A DNA stretch of 64,000 nucleotides from Octopus sinensis (taxonomy: Eukaryota): assembly GCF_006345805.1 (NCBI RefSeq), contig NC_043003.1, forward strand, positions 81,964,001-82,028,000, in the 5' to 3' direction. Both the position numbers and the translations under genes were made by a program. Below the pieces are notes generated by a model, which did no database searches, was not told the origin of the DNA, and saw nothing but the letters and a program-made list of their open reading frames with translations. Shown here piece after piece: positions 12,987 to 25,589 of the stretch. Positions within the stretch are counted from its first letter, which is position 1, and every line of letters begins with the position of its first letter.

Positions 12987-13927
12987 CGCTATTTCCCAGT
13001 AGCTTGTCGCTACTGGCGCCACCAAAGAGGATCAATATTGTAGTTTGAAGATGTGAAAATGCAGTGATTGACGTTTCGTGTTTTTTTTCTATTTGTGCAT
13101 TTATTATATGTTTTTAAAACTTATTATTTAATGGAATGCCGCGTGCTGTCACTTATTTTGCTTATAGGTGTTTTTATATGTTCGTACGTCTGCTCCTGTT
13201 GCTTCTCTTCCTCTCACTCTCTTTCACTCTCTCTTTCCTCTCTTTCTCTTTCCCTCTTTCTCCCCTTTCTTCTCTACCTATCTTCGGTGCTGCTGTATGT
13301 TTCTGTCATTTGCCTTCTCTCTTCCGCCCCCTCTCTGCTCTCTGTGTTTCTCTCTCCTCTTAAACACTCTTCTCACTTCTACTACTGACACCTAATCCGT
13401 GGTTATAGCCACTACTATTTTCACTTTTCCTTTTCACGCCGACTGCCGAAGCGACTGGTTGTATCTTTCTTGTCTTTAACTTTCAACAAGCTGCGCTGTC
13501 TCTCTGTTGTCCTGTTTTTAATACTTTAGGCTATCCTCCTGGTGTTAACCATATATTTTTGTCTCTTGTCTAGTCCTAAGGCCTTATTCTGTTTATTTAT
13601 TTCATCTTTTTCGTATGACCACATTTACTTCTCTTTCTTTTCGTCTCTGTTCCTCATCCGTCCACTAATGACAATTATTTATTTCGTATATGCTCTTTTC
13701 TTCATATTTGCATGTTTATTGCTTGTTTGCTTGTTTGTTCATTTTCTATTATGTTTGGTGTTTTGTTCGTTGGCTCGCTGTTTCCCGGCAGCTTCCCACT
13801 GCCAGCGCCACCAGAGGAGATCAATATTTTTGTTCGAAGGCGCGAAATTGTATTGATCCTTTCGCCGAGAGCTGTTGAAGGTTTGGCGACATTTTGAGTC
13901 TGATTTCCGTTTGTGCATTTATTATAT
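12987..13927 (+). mobile_element. Non-coding direct-repeat element E1 (non-autonomous Penelope-like / retrozyme-like)
   Basis: Diverged repeats at ~12987-13109 and ~13776-13927 (cgct.tttccc.g.agctt..gcgccacca..gatcaata ... tttgtgcatttattatat) flank a pyrimidine-rich spacer, with TA-rich flanks. Confidence 0.6.
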
Positions 13928-16111
13928 ATATATATTACATAATATTATTAGGATTGACTAGGAATCAATGAGGAAATTGTTAATAGCAGTTTCAGATAGA
14001 AATGATACATGTATCACATACACTGACAGAAAGACCCCTCCCCGGAATGTTTTTTGCCAGTAGATAAATTACGTTTACACATCTCATTCCCAACATGTGT
14101 ACTTATTCTAATATATTACGTCCAATTTTCCATTGAATCTTATTTGTTTAATAGTACTCAGTAAATTAGGGATGTAATTACAGAAATGTGCCCCACCGAA
14201 ATTGTTTCACAATTAAAAAAGACGCATTTTTTCTGAAAGGTATGATTAATGAATTACGATATGTGACTCATCCAAAATTATTTTGACTTATAGAATTTCT
14301 GGTTATAATAAACGTGCAATTAACGGGGTGGATTCGAAAACAGCCCACTTTTATATTTCAATGAATCTGTATCCATTTACCATCACATCCATTTGTATTT
14401 AAAAATTTATTTTCTGTATTCACAAACGTATTTGAAACGTTTTTTAATGAGTAGGAATAAGATATCTAAATCGTTTACATTTGAATTTTATGAGAATGTC
14501 ATGGAGAAAGGAAACGATGAAAGATATTTCATGCATATCAACTTTTCCCTATCGTTTGACTGATTTAATTGCCACTTGTTGAAAAAGCAAATTACCTTTG
14601 TGCCCCATGTGGTTTCTGCTTCTTCTAGCATACTAAATGGTCACGTAGGAGGCGGACCACCGTTGTGCTTGTTGAAAAGAGAGAATGATTAAGATTCGCT
14701 AAAATAATGAAGAAAATGCATATTCAATAATTATTGCTAAATTTGTACCTCCCGTTTTGCAATTATTTCGTTTAGAGAATTTTCCTGAAAGGGCAAAACT
14801 GTCCTTATAAGTAATTGCTTTACAACTTAATTGTAATGAAATTATCAACATGTTTGATGAAAAACAAATTCGAGATACGTGCCATGACCCCCTACTCATT
14901 TTTTCTCAGAAAGTTCTTATAGACCCTTAATCTCTACAAACAGAAATGCATCTGTAGAGAAATTCATTAAAAAATTACACGTTTTCCTGAAAGTTATGAG
15001 GAAACAAATTCAGCATGATGGTAAATGGATATATTTCTGTAGTTACTCCCAACTAGCGAAAGTAAATTAAAGTCATTTTTTTTATTTATTCAGATTTCTA
15101 TTTCTTCAACAATACCTTACAAATATGAAAGGATACCAACATTAACATAAAGCAGTTGACATTGGACTAAACTTATAATTTGTATAAAGTAAACATTTGC
15201 AACTATTTGGGCAACATTTATAGTTCTTGAAGTATAAACAAATGTTAAGTACTCCACGGCATTAAACTGAAATGTCTAACGGAATACGATTTTTGATTGA
15301 AGCGTGTAATTGAAATATTCAATAACAACACCAACTTCAAAACCACATTTGGTTAAAACTATATTAAAACTGGAATATGTAAATATTTTCTACATATTCT
15401 AGCCTTTAATAATTGCTTTCTTTTAGTAAAAGTTACATAACTCCAACAAATTAAGCATATTTTTCCATTATAATGTTACTTGAATATTTCTGAAATATTG
15501 CAAACTCATCTACCTAGAAATTTGTCGACAGCAGTTTAACACGGTGGACTCTTCTTACCTGTCAAACTCAGCAATATTATTGATATCTAATCATTTCCAG
15601 GTACTCATTGCTATAACCTACATATACTGTTTACGTGTTCTACCCATAAATTACGATGGTTAATTAGTTTAAAATACACGTACTTCATGTGGTTATACAT
15701 TACAATACATATATTCTGAAAATAGAAATTTATTTTGTCAGTAAAAATGAAATATTTAAGCCAGAAAACAAATTATGCAATGCACAGATTGATGATTGAA
15801 ATATAAAAGTTGGCTATTTTTGAAGTCTACCCCGTTAATTGGACGTTTATTATGATCAAAAGCTATACAAATCAAACACAATAAACTGACATGTTATCCA
15901 ACGCAGCTGCTATAACAGCGTAGAGATTATTTAGTTCCTTCATTAAATAATTTTCAAACATCACAGAAATATGTTCTAGTTTCAAATGGATTTACCTTTC
16001 ACAATTGTGTTGGCCATCTTTGATTTTCACCGTAATGTTAATTATGTTAAACGAAGTAGTTTATTTTCAACTATCATAGTCTGATAAAACAATTCTTCCA
16101 TAGACGTGGGC

Positions 16112-16151
<40 letters not shown>

Positions 16152-16605
16152 TTATTCTTTTATTCTTTTAATCTTTTACTTGTTTTAGTCATTGGAATGC
16201 AGCCATGCTGGAACACCGGCTTGAAGGTCTTAGTTGAACAAATAGGCACCAGGATTTATTGTTTTATGCCGAGTTCTTATTCTATCCATGTGTTTTGCCG
16301 AACCGCTACGATACGGGAACGTAAACACAACAACAGCGGTTGTGTAGCGGTGATGGGGGAACAAGCAAAAACACAGACATACACACATAGATACACACAG
16401 ACACGAACACACACACCCACACACACACGCACACTTACACACACACATATATATATATATATAACAGACTTCTTTAAATTTCATTCTACCAAGTCCACAT
16501 AGAAGACTGGTCGGCATGTGGCTATAGTAGAAGAGGTGCATGTAGTGGAACTGAACCCGGAAATGTGTGATTGGAATTCAAGCTTCTCACCACACAGCCA
16601 CGCAT
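16152..16605 (-). mobile_element. tRNA-derived SINE, long family with internal microsatellite and agtaaaag(a)n tail
   Basis: Reverse complement has gcgtggctgtgtggtgagaagc head, ttccgggttcagttcc B-box, ctactatagcc..ccgacca core and tgactaaaacaagtaaaaga tail. Confidence 0.88.
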
Positions 16606-17099
16606 GTGCATATATGCATGATTATATTCCTCAAACAACAGAAATATGCATCACAAATATACTATTACCTTATGTGAGTACCTGAGGAATATACGGACGG
16701 CGTAGGGAGAAGGGGAACCGGAAGGAAAAGGTCAAGATCAAGAGGGATTTTCTGCTTTGCCTAGCCACAAGTGTAAGCTAATGTAGATAAGAAATCAGGA
16801 TCAGACAGCAACCGCTATGTGGAGGACTATGTCGTGTTATTTCACCTTAATAGAAAAAAGACAGACGAGCGAATAGATAATGTACATAAATAGGCTGGTA
16901 AAGAACGTCTTTCTGCTGAGATTATAAATCATTATGCCGCTAAGGAATTGTGGTTTGTTATCTGATATTTGCACTAGTATATTCACCCACTTATACAGGT
17001 ATTTCCGAAAACATGCACACACAGACACTCTCTCTTCTCCCCCCTCTCTCTCTATCTATCTATCTATCTCTATCACTCAGAGACACACATACGTATACA

Positions 17100-17258
17100 A
17101 GTAAACCTTGTTTCTTTCTGTGTTCCTTTCTGTGGAAAAGCGAAGGCTCGAAACTTTAAAGACTTTAAAGACTTTTTCACTTCCCGAGCGTTAAACTAAT
17201 ACATCTGTTTGTTGTCTACACCACCAGTCTCCGTCTTTTGTTTTTTGTGAATTCTCCC

Positions 17259-17260
<2 letters not shown>
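17100..17260 (+). mobile_element. Penelope-like terminal repeat, family E4 copy 1, with minimal hammerhead-like motif at 17125-17162
   Basis: ccttt CTGTGGA a aagc gaag gctc GAAA ctt t aaaga; body ..cccgagcgttaaactaatac..gtcttttgttt shared with 36834-37135 and 41440-41632; ends in a TA tract. Confidence 0.7.
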
Positions 17261-17297
<37 letters not shown>

Positions 17298-17359
17298 GTG
17301 TGTGTATATATAGTAACAAACTAAGGAAAGGAATTCCTTCAAAGAGATGTGTAAAACAA

Positions 17360-18218
17360 CCACTTCACTAGTACGGCTATGTTTGCAGAAAGGAAAGTTG
17401 GAAAGGAAAACAGAAAGTTTGGTACTAGTTGCACAAGACCAAGCATTAATGATTAATTGGATACAATCCAAGATAGAGAAAAACCAAGTTGATTCCCAAT
17501 GTAGATTATCAAAAAAAGAAAGCGTTACTTGTACAGTAAATTAGTGTAGAATGCTGGCACAGAAAGAATTAAAAAAGATCACATGACAATCTAGGAGAGT
17601 AATCTACTGAGAGCAATGTAGAAAACTATGATTTAAACATACTGATAAATGGTATGACCATGAACTTAGTAAAGTACTAGAAAGTAAGAAATATAAGATG
17701 TGGGGTTTCAATACTCAGATTGACAGAGTAATAGAAGATAGAAAGCTTGATGTGGCAGAAGTAAATAAAGAGAATAGAAAGTCCCAGATAATTGACTTTA
17801 CAGTCCCAAATGATGAAAATATTAATATGAAACGCATAGAAAAAATAGCAAAGTAGTAGGATCTAGCTATTGAATTACATAGACTATGGAAAGTGCGGGT
17901 AGAATACATCCCAGTTGTTATAGGTACACTGGGAAATTTTCCTAAAGGTCTGAAATAGAGGAAGTGGACATAAAGCTCTGAATAGAGGAAATAAGCATAA
18001 TCCACAAATATCTGAATTCAGAAAATAGGCATAAAACCCAGATTGGTATAGCTCCAGAAAACAGCGTTATTAGGGACAGCTAGGATACTTAGGAGGCTTG
18101 TTGGCATCTAAGGTTAGTTGTCATAATCCGATAGGGGTGTTCTTGGCATCTAAGTTTACTTCTTGTTACCTGGTGCTAGTCCTTTTTCCAACTGTCTAAT
18201 CTGTTGTGTTTATATGAA
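17360..18218 (+). mobile_element. R4/Dong-clade non-LTR retrotransposon, 3' portion (restriction-like endonuclease domain), inactivated
   Basis: KTESLVLVAQDQAL, IIDFTVPNDENINMKRIEKIAK**DLAIELHRLW, IPVVIGTLG, LQKTALLGTARILR; followed by an (AAT)n tail. Confidence 0.88.
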
Positions 18219-18237
18219 AAATAATAATAAAAATAAA

Positions 18238-18314
<77 letters not shown>

Positions 18315-18330
18315 TAATAATGATAATAGT
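18219..18330. repeat. (AAT)n microsatellite at the R4/Dong 3' end
   Basis: Long aat run. Confidence 0.97.
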
Positions 18331-19379
18331 AATCATTTCTACTAAATGCACAAGACCAGCTATTTTGAGGAGGGAACTAAATACATTTAAGGATTCAAAG
18401 TGATATAAAAACGCTGATATGACAGGATGGCAACTACAGGAATACCCTAGTTAATATATATGCTCAATCAAGGCTGTCCTTTGGCAAAAACTCACGAAAA
18501 GCACTACCCATTCAGTTGTGTTCACATATACATATACTATCGCATCACCTCTACTACTATTTAATCGTAAGGTAAGTATATTAATTAATATAGAATATAA
18601 ATACGTGCATATACCCGCCAATGCATGTATTTGCATGCAAACACAATATACACACATACACTCTGTTGCAAAGAAAAGTGTTACGATGGTTAGACGTAAA
18701 AAATATATATAATAGTATTCATTAATACATTTTCGAGGTAATTTCTGGAATAATAGACGTAACACAATGCATACCGTAGGATTCAGAAAATTTCGTTCCA
18801 TGTTGTATGGAATTCGAGATATATAAAATTAATAGAAGGAATCTTAAAATGAAATTATTTATTCGAATAATTGACTATTTCTATGAAAGTGTGCTACGAA
18901 AATATTCTAAAGATGAGGTAGACATCAGAAATTTGTTTGACAAACACATGAAAACTCATGTTAATGTTAGCAATTACTTAGGTAAGGAAATATTTGGTGA
19001 AGGTTGATAGAAATTTCATGGTCACTTCTCGCGTAACACTGACGTACATGGAAGCACACTCAAACACTCACACAAACACACAAGCACACGCTCATACATG
19101 CATACAGAGAATTTCTTTTTTTTTTTTGTCGGTCAAATTTACTGTTGCACATATATTTGTTATGTTTAGTGTGAAATGAAAGCTTAGCAAATAACATACT
19201 TTGTACGATGAATACAATTTTACGCAAACGGTTCTCCATTTGTGTCTATCTCTCAGACATACAAACGCACGTACACACCGTCTTTTTGTTTGTTTGTCGG
19301 TCGTTCTGTCTGTCTGCCTTTCGGTCTCTCTCTCTCTCACTCTCTATAAATCTGTGCATATACATGTATGTGTGTATGC

Positions 19380-19437
<58 letters not shown>

Positions 19438-20600
19438 TTATATATATATATGCGTGTGTGTGTGTGTGTGTGTGTATGTGTGTGTGTGTATGTATGTATG
19501 AATGTATACATATATACATGCGTATACACACACATATACATACACGCATACACACACGTATAAACATGCATATATGCTAACCTACATGCATATAGGTGTG
19601 TTCATTGAACGTTAGTTTTGTTTAGTTTTAGACAATGTATAATTTAGTCTCTTCGTATCTGAGTCCAGAATGATTTACGTTCAGGAATATTTATAAATGT
19701 TAGTCATTTGAAGGAAATACAGGAAACTAAGTGTATGTCTTTGGCCAGTGATAAATTCCGTTATTATTTTGCTCTTGTTTTTCTTTCTCAAATCTCGTTG
19801 GCTATTCTCAGTTCTCTAGATATAACTATTTTACCGCAAATCGATATCCTTTAATAAATATAGTCTATTACTATTAACTCAAAAGACAAAATTTAGATTT
19901 ATCGTTATTTCGTTTATACTAAAAGACTGTCTATACATGTGAATTTTCAAACGATGATATATGCTGGAAATAATTGCTATGATAACATGTTAGTTATTTT
20001 GGTGTTCAATTTTGTTAAAAGTATAGTATTAGGAATATACAGTGTGTAGATGATATTTAACATTATTCATGGATTAATTTTTGCTGCTTCATATAAATCA
20101 AAATTATAAAGAAAGAACGTTATTCACACAATACAGTAACTTTAGCAACAAATATGAAAAATATGACGCATCCGACATTCGAATTTGCTTGTAATACTGT
20201 AATTGTAAACATTCAATAAAATGCTATGTGGTCTATGCAAATATGCTCAATATACGCCGGAAGAATTCCATCCAAGTATTGAAGGAATAGGTATATGCAA
20301 ACATATGCAGTTTAAACATACAAACTCGCATATTTTACGCTATTTATACTGTAATTGTTTGCCTACCAAATGAGATGAAGTTTGAGTTCATTAAACTTTT
20401 AATAATGAAAATAGTTACGCTTTCTTATTCAATTGTTAAAATAACATGAATTATCTGAAATAGATATAAAGGAGATATTTTGAAAGATTCATAAACTGCA
20501 TGGCGCTTTGGGCAAGTGTCTTCTACTATAGCCTCGGGTCGACCAAAGTCTTGAGAGTGGATCTGGAAGACAGAAACTGAAGGAAGCCCGTCGTATATAT

Positions 20601-20642
<42 letters not shown>

Positions 20643-20786
20643 TAGATGAATGAATTATCCTAGTATGGATAATTCGGTTAATCGATACCTGGGTAGCAAA
20701 TTCACGTCAGTAAAACACGGTTAAAGTTACATGCCAAGGGCAGAACCCTGTGTTCGTGTGTGGAAATTTGTGTGTTTTTTTATATG

Positions 20787-21101
20787 AATAAATGAAAAGA
20801 ATGGAGTCGAACGAAGATTTTAACAAAATTCCTTTACTTTCGACATATGTTTCGAAGACTGCATATTCTTAATTCCGAAGGAATGAAGGTTGCATTATGC
20901 CGTCTTCTCATCAGGAAATACAAGGAACCTCTATCAGCCTCAAGACAAACAAAAGCTTCTTTACGACTGCCAACATGGTTTCTAAGACGGCATAATGCAA
21001 CCTTCATTCCTTCGGAATTAAGAGAATGCAGTCTTCGAAACATATGTCGAAAGTAAAGGAATTTTGTTAAAATTTTCGTTCGACTCCATTCTTTTCATTT
21101 A
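20787..21101. repeat. Inverted repeat with ~120-bp arms (20787-20906 / 20984-21101), 3 mismatches, 77-bp spacer
   Basis: Direct comparison of the left arm with the reverse complement of the right arm. Confidence 0.97.
20829..20927 (-). ncRNA. Type I hammerhead ribozyme with canonical core, GUC cleavage predicted between 20842 and 20841
   Basis: Minus strand: TTCCTT(G)TATTTC CTGATGA GAAGACGGCAT-loop-ATGCAGTCTTC GAAA CATATGT C GAAA(G)TAAAGGAA. All core positions are present. Stem I is 12 bp with two bulges, stem II is 11 positions with one mismatch, and stem III is the palindromic ACATATGT. Confidence 0.88.
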
Positions 21102-21174
<73 letters not shown>

Positions 21175-21775
21175 GTCTGTGTGTGTGTGTGTGTATGTGT
21201 GTGGTGTATGTGTGTTTGTCTGTGTTTGTCTCCCCAACATCAAAAGAGAACGATAAAATAAGTATTAGGCTTACAAAGAATAAGTGCTGGTGTCGATTTG
21301 CTCGACGAAAGGAGGTGCTCCAGCATGGTCGCAGGCAAAGAACTGAAACAAGTAAAAGAGTAAAAGAGAGTAAAGAGAGTATAACTTTTTTTTACACTGA
21401 CATGAATAATAACTTTTAAATTGTCTACAATACAGGAAAACTAGTATTCAATAAACCAAAAAAATATAAATACAGAATATATCTATAAAACATATATCAA
21501 TATTACTTATGGGAGGAAGGAGGCGAACTGGCCGGATCGTTAGAGCGCTGGATAAAATGTTTCGCGGTATTTCATTCTTCTTTTGATGAACATCCGAATA
21601 GGGTTGCACCTTATTCTAATATAAAGAACTAAAAGGGCATGATATTTTAGTATAATGCATCATATAACCCAGACATTATCGAGAACAGTAGGGGAATATT
21701 TAAGCACACAGCCCACAATAAATACAGTATATATTGTAATACAATCATATTTTCGGTCAGCTATACTTTCCAGTG

Positions 21776-22075
21776 TGGAGGCGCAATGGCCCAGTGTTAA
21801 GGGCAGCGGATCGCGGTCGGAGGATCGCAGTTTCTATTCCAAGACCGGGTGTTGTGTGTGTTTATTGAGCGAAAACACCTAAAGCTACACGATCTGCGGC
21901 AGGGGTGATGGCGACCCCTGTTGTACTCTTTTGCCCCAACTTTCATTCACTCTTTCTTCCTGTTTCTTGAGTAACGCTGCGATGGACTGGCGTCCCGACA
22001 AGCTGGGTGGGGGAACACATACGCCACAGAAACCGGGAAACCGAGCCTATGAACCTGGCTCGGCTTGAAAAGAGC
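21776..22075 (+). mobile_element. tRNA-derived SINE with V-domain-like core
   Basis: tggaggcgcaatggcccagtg head; gtaacgctgcgatggactggcgtccc (21971-21996) and cagaaaccggg motifs resemble the V-SINE central domain. Confidence 0.8.
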
Positions 22076-22504
22076 GTATAAATATATAAATAATAATTTC
22101 CATTTCATGTTTTCCAAGATCACTCTGACAACAATAACAAGAGTAGGTCTTCCTATATCCTATCTAATACGAAAGTGTACTTATAGAAATTTCGTACCCA
22201 CGCAGAGGATTTTTAACTTTACAAATAATTTGAACAGGTAACTGGATGTTTTTAAAATGAATTCAAGCGTTCAAGACAACCATGGGGTGCATCAAAAAGA
22301 ACTGTACGGGACTTACTGGGAAATACGTGGGAGTAGTTATGAAAAGCTTATTTTCTCATTTGTCTCAAGCAGCAAGCAGAACTCTGCAGGCCTATCGAAA
22401 CGTAATGGAGTGGATGATACTATGTCTTTATTCAGAGGTTTTCATCGGGAACTATGAACTTGATTTTAGATTTTGCCTCAAGGCCAGCATTTTTGTGGAA
22501 GGTA

Positions 22505-22622
22505 TTAAATCAATTTCATCGAAAAGACGGAAAACAAAATCAGAATTTTAACTCAGACCGTAAGACGGACAAAATGACGCTAAGCATTTTGCGCGGCATG
22601 CTAAACATCCTGCCAACTCACC
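22505..22622 (-). mobile_element. tRNA-derived SINE head fragment
   Basis: Reverse complement: gagttggcagga..ttagcatgccgcgcaaaatgcttagcg..tctgagttaaaattc. Confidence 0.75.
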
Positions 22623-22682
22623 ACATTACATTGTAAACTAAGAAACTGGTATTCACTGGTTCGTTTCATTAATTACGTGAGA

Positions 22683-22975
22683 GTGAGCATGTCTTAGTGG
22701 TTATGGTATTCGGCTTATGATTATAAGGTCGTGAGTTCGATTCTCTGCTGCTCGTTGTGTCCTTGAACAAGACACTTTATTTCACACCAGGTCACTCAGT
22801 TGAAAAAATTGAAGATTACTTGTAATTCAAAGAGCCAACCCTTTCACATTCACTATCTTGAGAACTACGTTAAGGGCACTCATGTCTGTAGAGTGCTCAA
22901 CCGCTTGCACATTAATTTCATAAGGTGGTGTTTCCGGTGATCGGATCAACTGGAACTCTCGTCGTTGTAACGAGT
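22683..22975 (+). mobile_element. tRNA-derived SINE, fourth family
   Basis: tcttagtggttatgg A-box, gtgagttcgattc B-box, ttgtgtccttgaacaagacacttt core, gatcggatcaactggaactctcgtcg tail. Confidence 0.8.
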
Positions 22976-23100
22976 TGTTTTTCGTTATTCATGAAGTAAC
23001 ATATATTTTTCATGTAGTAGGAGTCTGATTATTTTTCTCGATATTAGTTTATATTGCATACAGCTTGGTGTTCATACATGAAATCCTCATATCTCGCATA

Positions 23101-23318
23101 AGGCGGCGAGCTAGCAGAAATGTTAGCACGCCCGGCGAAATGCTTAGCGGTATTTCGTCTGCCGCTACATTCTGAGTTCAAATTCAGCCCAGGTCGACTT
23201 TGCCTTTCATCATTTTGGGGTCGATTAAATAAGTACCAGTTACGCACTGGGGTCGATATAATTGACTTAATGCGTTTGTCTGTCATTCTTTGTCCTCTCT
23301 GTGGGTAGTAAATAAATA
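23101..23318 (+). mobile_element. tRNA-derived SINE, tail type A, with 21-bp target-site duplication
   Basis: Flanks gaaatcctcatatctcgcata (23080-23100) and gaaattctcatatctcgcata (23319-23339). Confidence 0.95.
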
Positions 23319-24543
23319 GAAATTCTCATATCTCGCATATCATTCTAAGATCCGAAATACCTTTGGCCGACACTTTGCTGGTGAAACTTCTCTAATGAAA
23401 TCAAAACATATCCAAAATTTACACTAACGACAAAGATTTAGACACACTTCTTACTGCATTCTCTGATTAATTAATTTTAATTAAGTTACATTCCGAAATT
23501 GTCTACTCTAATGTGCTTCTCCAATTAAGTAACATTACACTCTTAGTAATGTCCTCTCATCAATGTAGCTCTAATACTAATTAATTAATGAGCATTTCTT
23601 GACTCACTAATTTAAAGTTATAACCTATCTGTACTGCTAAGAAGAAAGCATTAATTAATAATATATCTGTTTGGAGAGGAAGAGAACAGCTAATATGTCC
23701 TCAAATGCTGTTTTAAAATATAAAGATGAAAATGTTTTTTTATTAGTTTAATACTCTGACCTATCTTATTTTTTGCATCGGCTGCCATCAAACAACCGTT
23801 GAGATCATACTAAAATTAACTAATAGAGCTTGAGGAAATATTTTAAACCCTTGTTCTCATGACCAGAGCAAATTCTTAGATCTAAAAGATGTGTGTATAT
23901 TCTATTTAATCAAAGTGACGCCATGCATAAGTTTTCTAAAGATTTCAAGATGAATTCACTTTCAAGAATTACTGCTAAGTCATTCACTTTAAAAGTATTT
24001 TTGCACCAATATCTATCACTTCTTTTAAACTTTTGTAAATATTTCTACAGCTTAATGACTAATTTGTCTATTGAAAGGTTTGATAGAAATCTTTTCAAGA
24101 ATTGTTCTCAAGTATTTCCTTTGTTAATTTTTTTTAGATGATTTTTGAAACACCACATAGTTTTAGTACCGCTGAAGTAATAATATATTTTATTGCGAGG
24201 TATTTGTCAGTAGTAAAGCTTTTAATTTTGTTTTCACTATTTACATAATGAAGAAAATAGTCAAAATTCTAAATGTAAATTTTATTTCTAGGTTTAAATA
24301 ATGTGTACAAAGTATTAAATTAATTTGTAGATGACAGTCATCATATACTTTCGATGCAAATTTTATTAAACTAACCTAATGTTCTACGATAAATCAAGTA
24401 GGATAATAATCCTATTTAATACATGGAGATATAAAATTCTCTTTAGCATAGAACATCGTTCACACGCTCACACACAAACCACAAGCACACACATATATTA
24501 TACATACATATATGTGTGTATGTATGTGTGTGTTATATATATG

Positions 24544-25516
24544 TTATACTTTTAAACAGATTTTACTCCATATTGTTGTAAGAGAATTACATACTAAAAT
24601 TCCGACTCAGATTCTCTTCAAGCACTAATTCAGATTGTTGTGTTTAACTTACTCGGATCACGTAGAAGCTATTTTATTGCATTATTCATTATATCACTTG
24701 TCTACAAAACACTTCCCCGCTCATTCAATAACAATTTTTCCCTTCTCTAATCAATATACTATGGTTACTATATACTAAATTTTCATTCTATTTATACCGC
24801 TGTCTCAAAATTTACCTCACCTTGCTTCTTGCTGTATAAAGGTGTCATTTCTTGAATCTCACTAAATCGTTTTTTCACAAATCTAGGTGTTATATTTTAC
24901 ACGTATCATATTACACAACTGTTGCCTCCTAAACTATTTCCACTCTCGAATTTTCTGTTAAACTTCGGACGAGTAAAATGAAACTCAACTCATTTTAGAA
25001 CGAAACCTTCCTAGTCCACAGCCTCAAACGTCAAGAAAAGATAATTATTACACTGACCGAAAGAGTAACCCCGTCGAGATTGGCAGTCTGATCTCTACAA
25101 CACCGGCAGAAGCGCATCCGATGCTACCTACACTTTCGAACAACGCTCTACCGTTCACAAATTCACATTTCATTCTTCATCACACAAACACCAAGCATCT
25201 ACACTGTGCATTTCTATCATAAATCTAGAAACCTATTCATTCTGGCTGTTCCATCGTCTCCTTACCAAACTTATTTCTATGTATTGCCTTTGCATTCTCA
25301 CACTTTTGGTTGTCAGTTTTCCCTTGCATACCCTAAATATAATTACATCATTTCTCATCTGTAATTTTTTCACTAACACTTTCAAACTCCTGTTTATAAT
25401 GAACGGAAAATCCTTTTCCTGTCTTCCTCTCTTACGTTTCTGATGATGATCAAGTACATACGGAACGCCAAAGTTTTCTTTCGATTCCCTCATGCAACTC
25501 TAACTAATTCCTCATA
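24544..25516 (-). repeat. Left arm of a ~1-kb inverted repeat (decayed LINE-endonuclease-like sequence)
   Basis: Collinear with the reverse complement of 26778-27761 over its whole length, roughly 80-85% identity by eye. Confidence 0.9.
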
Positions 25517-25589
25517 CCTTGATGGTCGCTGTTTTTCTAATTAAGTGAATATACATGTATGTAAGTGTGCGTACATACATACAAACATG

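Larger units (their letters stand above)
20498..21385 (+). mobile_element. Long-family SINE split by a ~460-bp insertion (20641-21101) in its internal TA tract
   Basis: 5' part ttgggcaagtgtcttctactatagcc..aagcccgtcg (20498-20596). 3' part tgtgtttgtctcccc..ggtgctccagcatgg..aagtaaaagagtaaaagag (21216-21385). Confidence 0.85.

Noticed and set aside
13805-13817. CTCF-like motif gcgccaccagagg
   Set aside because: Spacing does not fit the consensus and it lies inside a repeat element.
18472-18980. Two plus-strand exon candidates with GTAAG donors
   Set aside because: Acceptors are weak and the joined peptide is unrecognisable; no independent support.
20834-21056. Mirror-image 69-aa ORFs on both strands
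   Set aside because: A consequence of the inverted repeat; the sequence is better explained as ribozyme RNA.
22381-22411. Hammerhead-like actc-TGCAGG..CGAAACGTA..gagt
   Set aside because: The core deviates at several positions and there is no stem II; compatible with chance.
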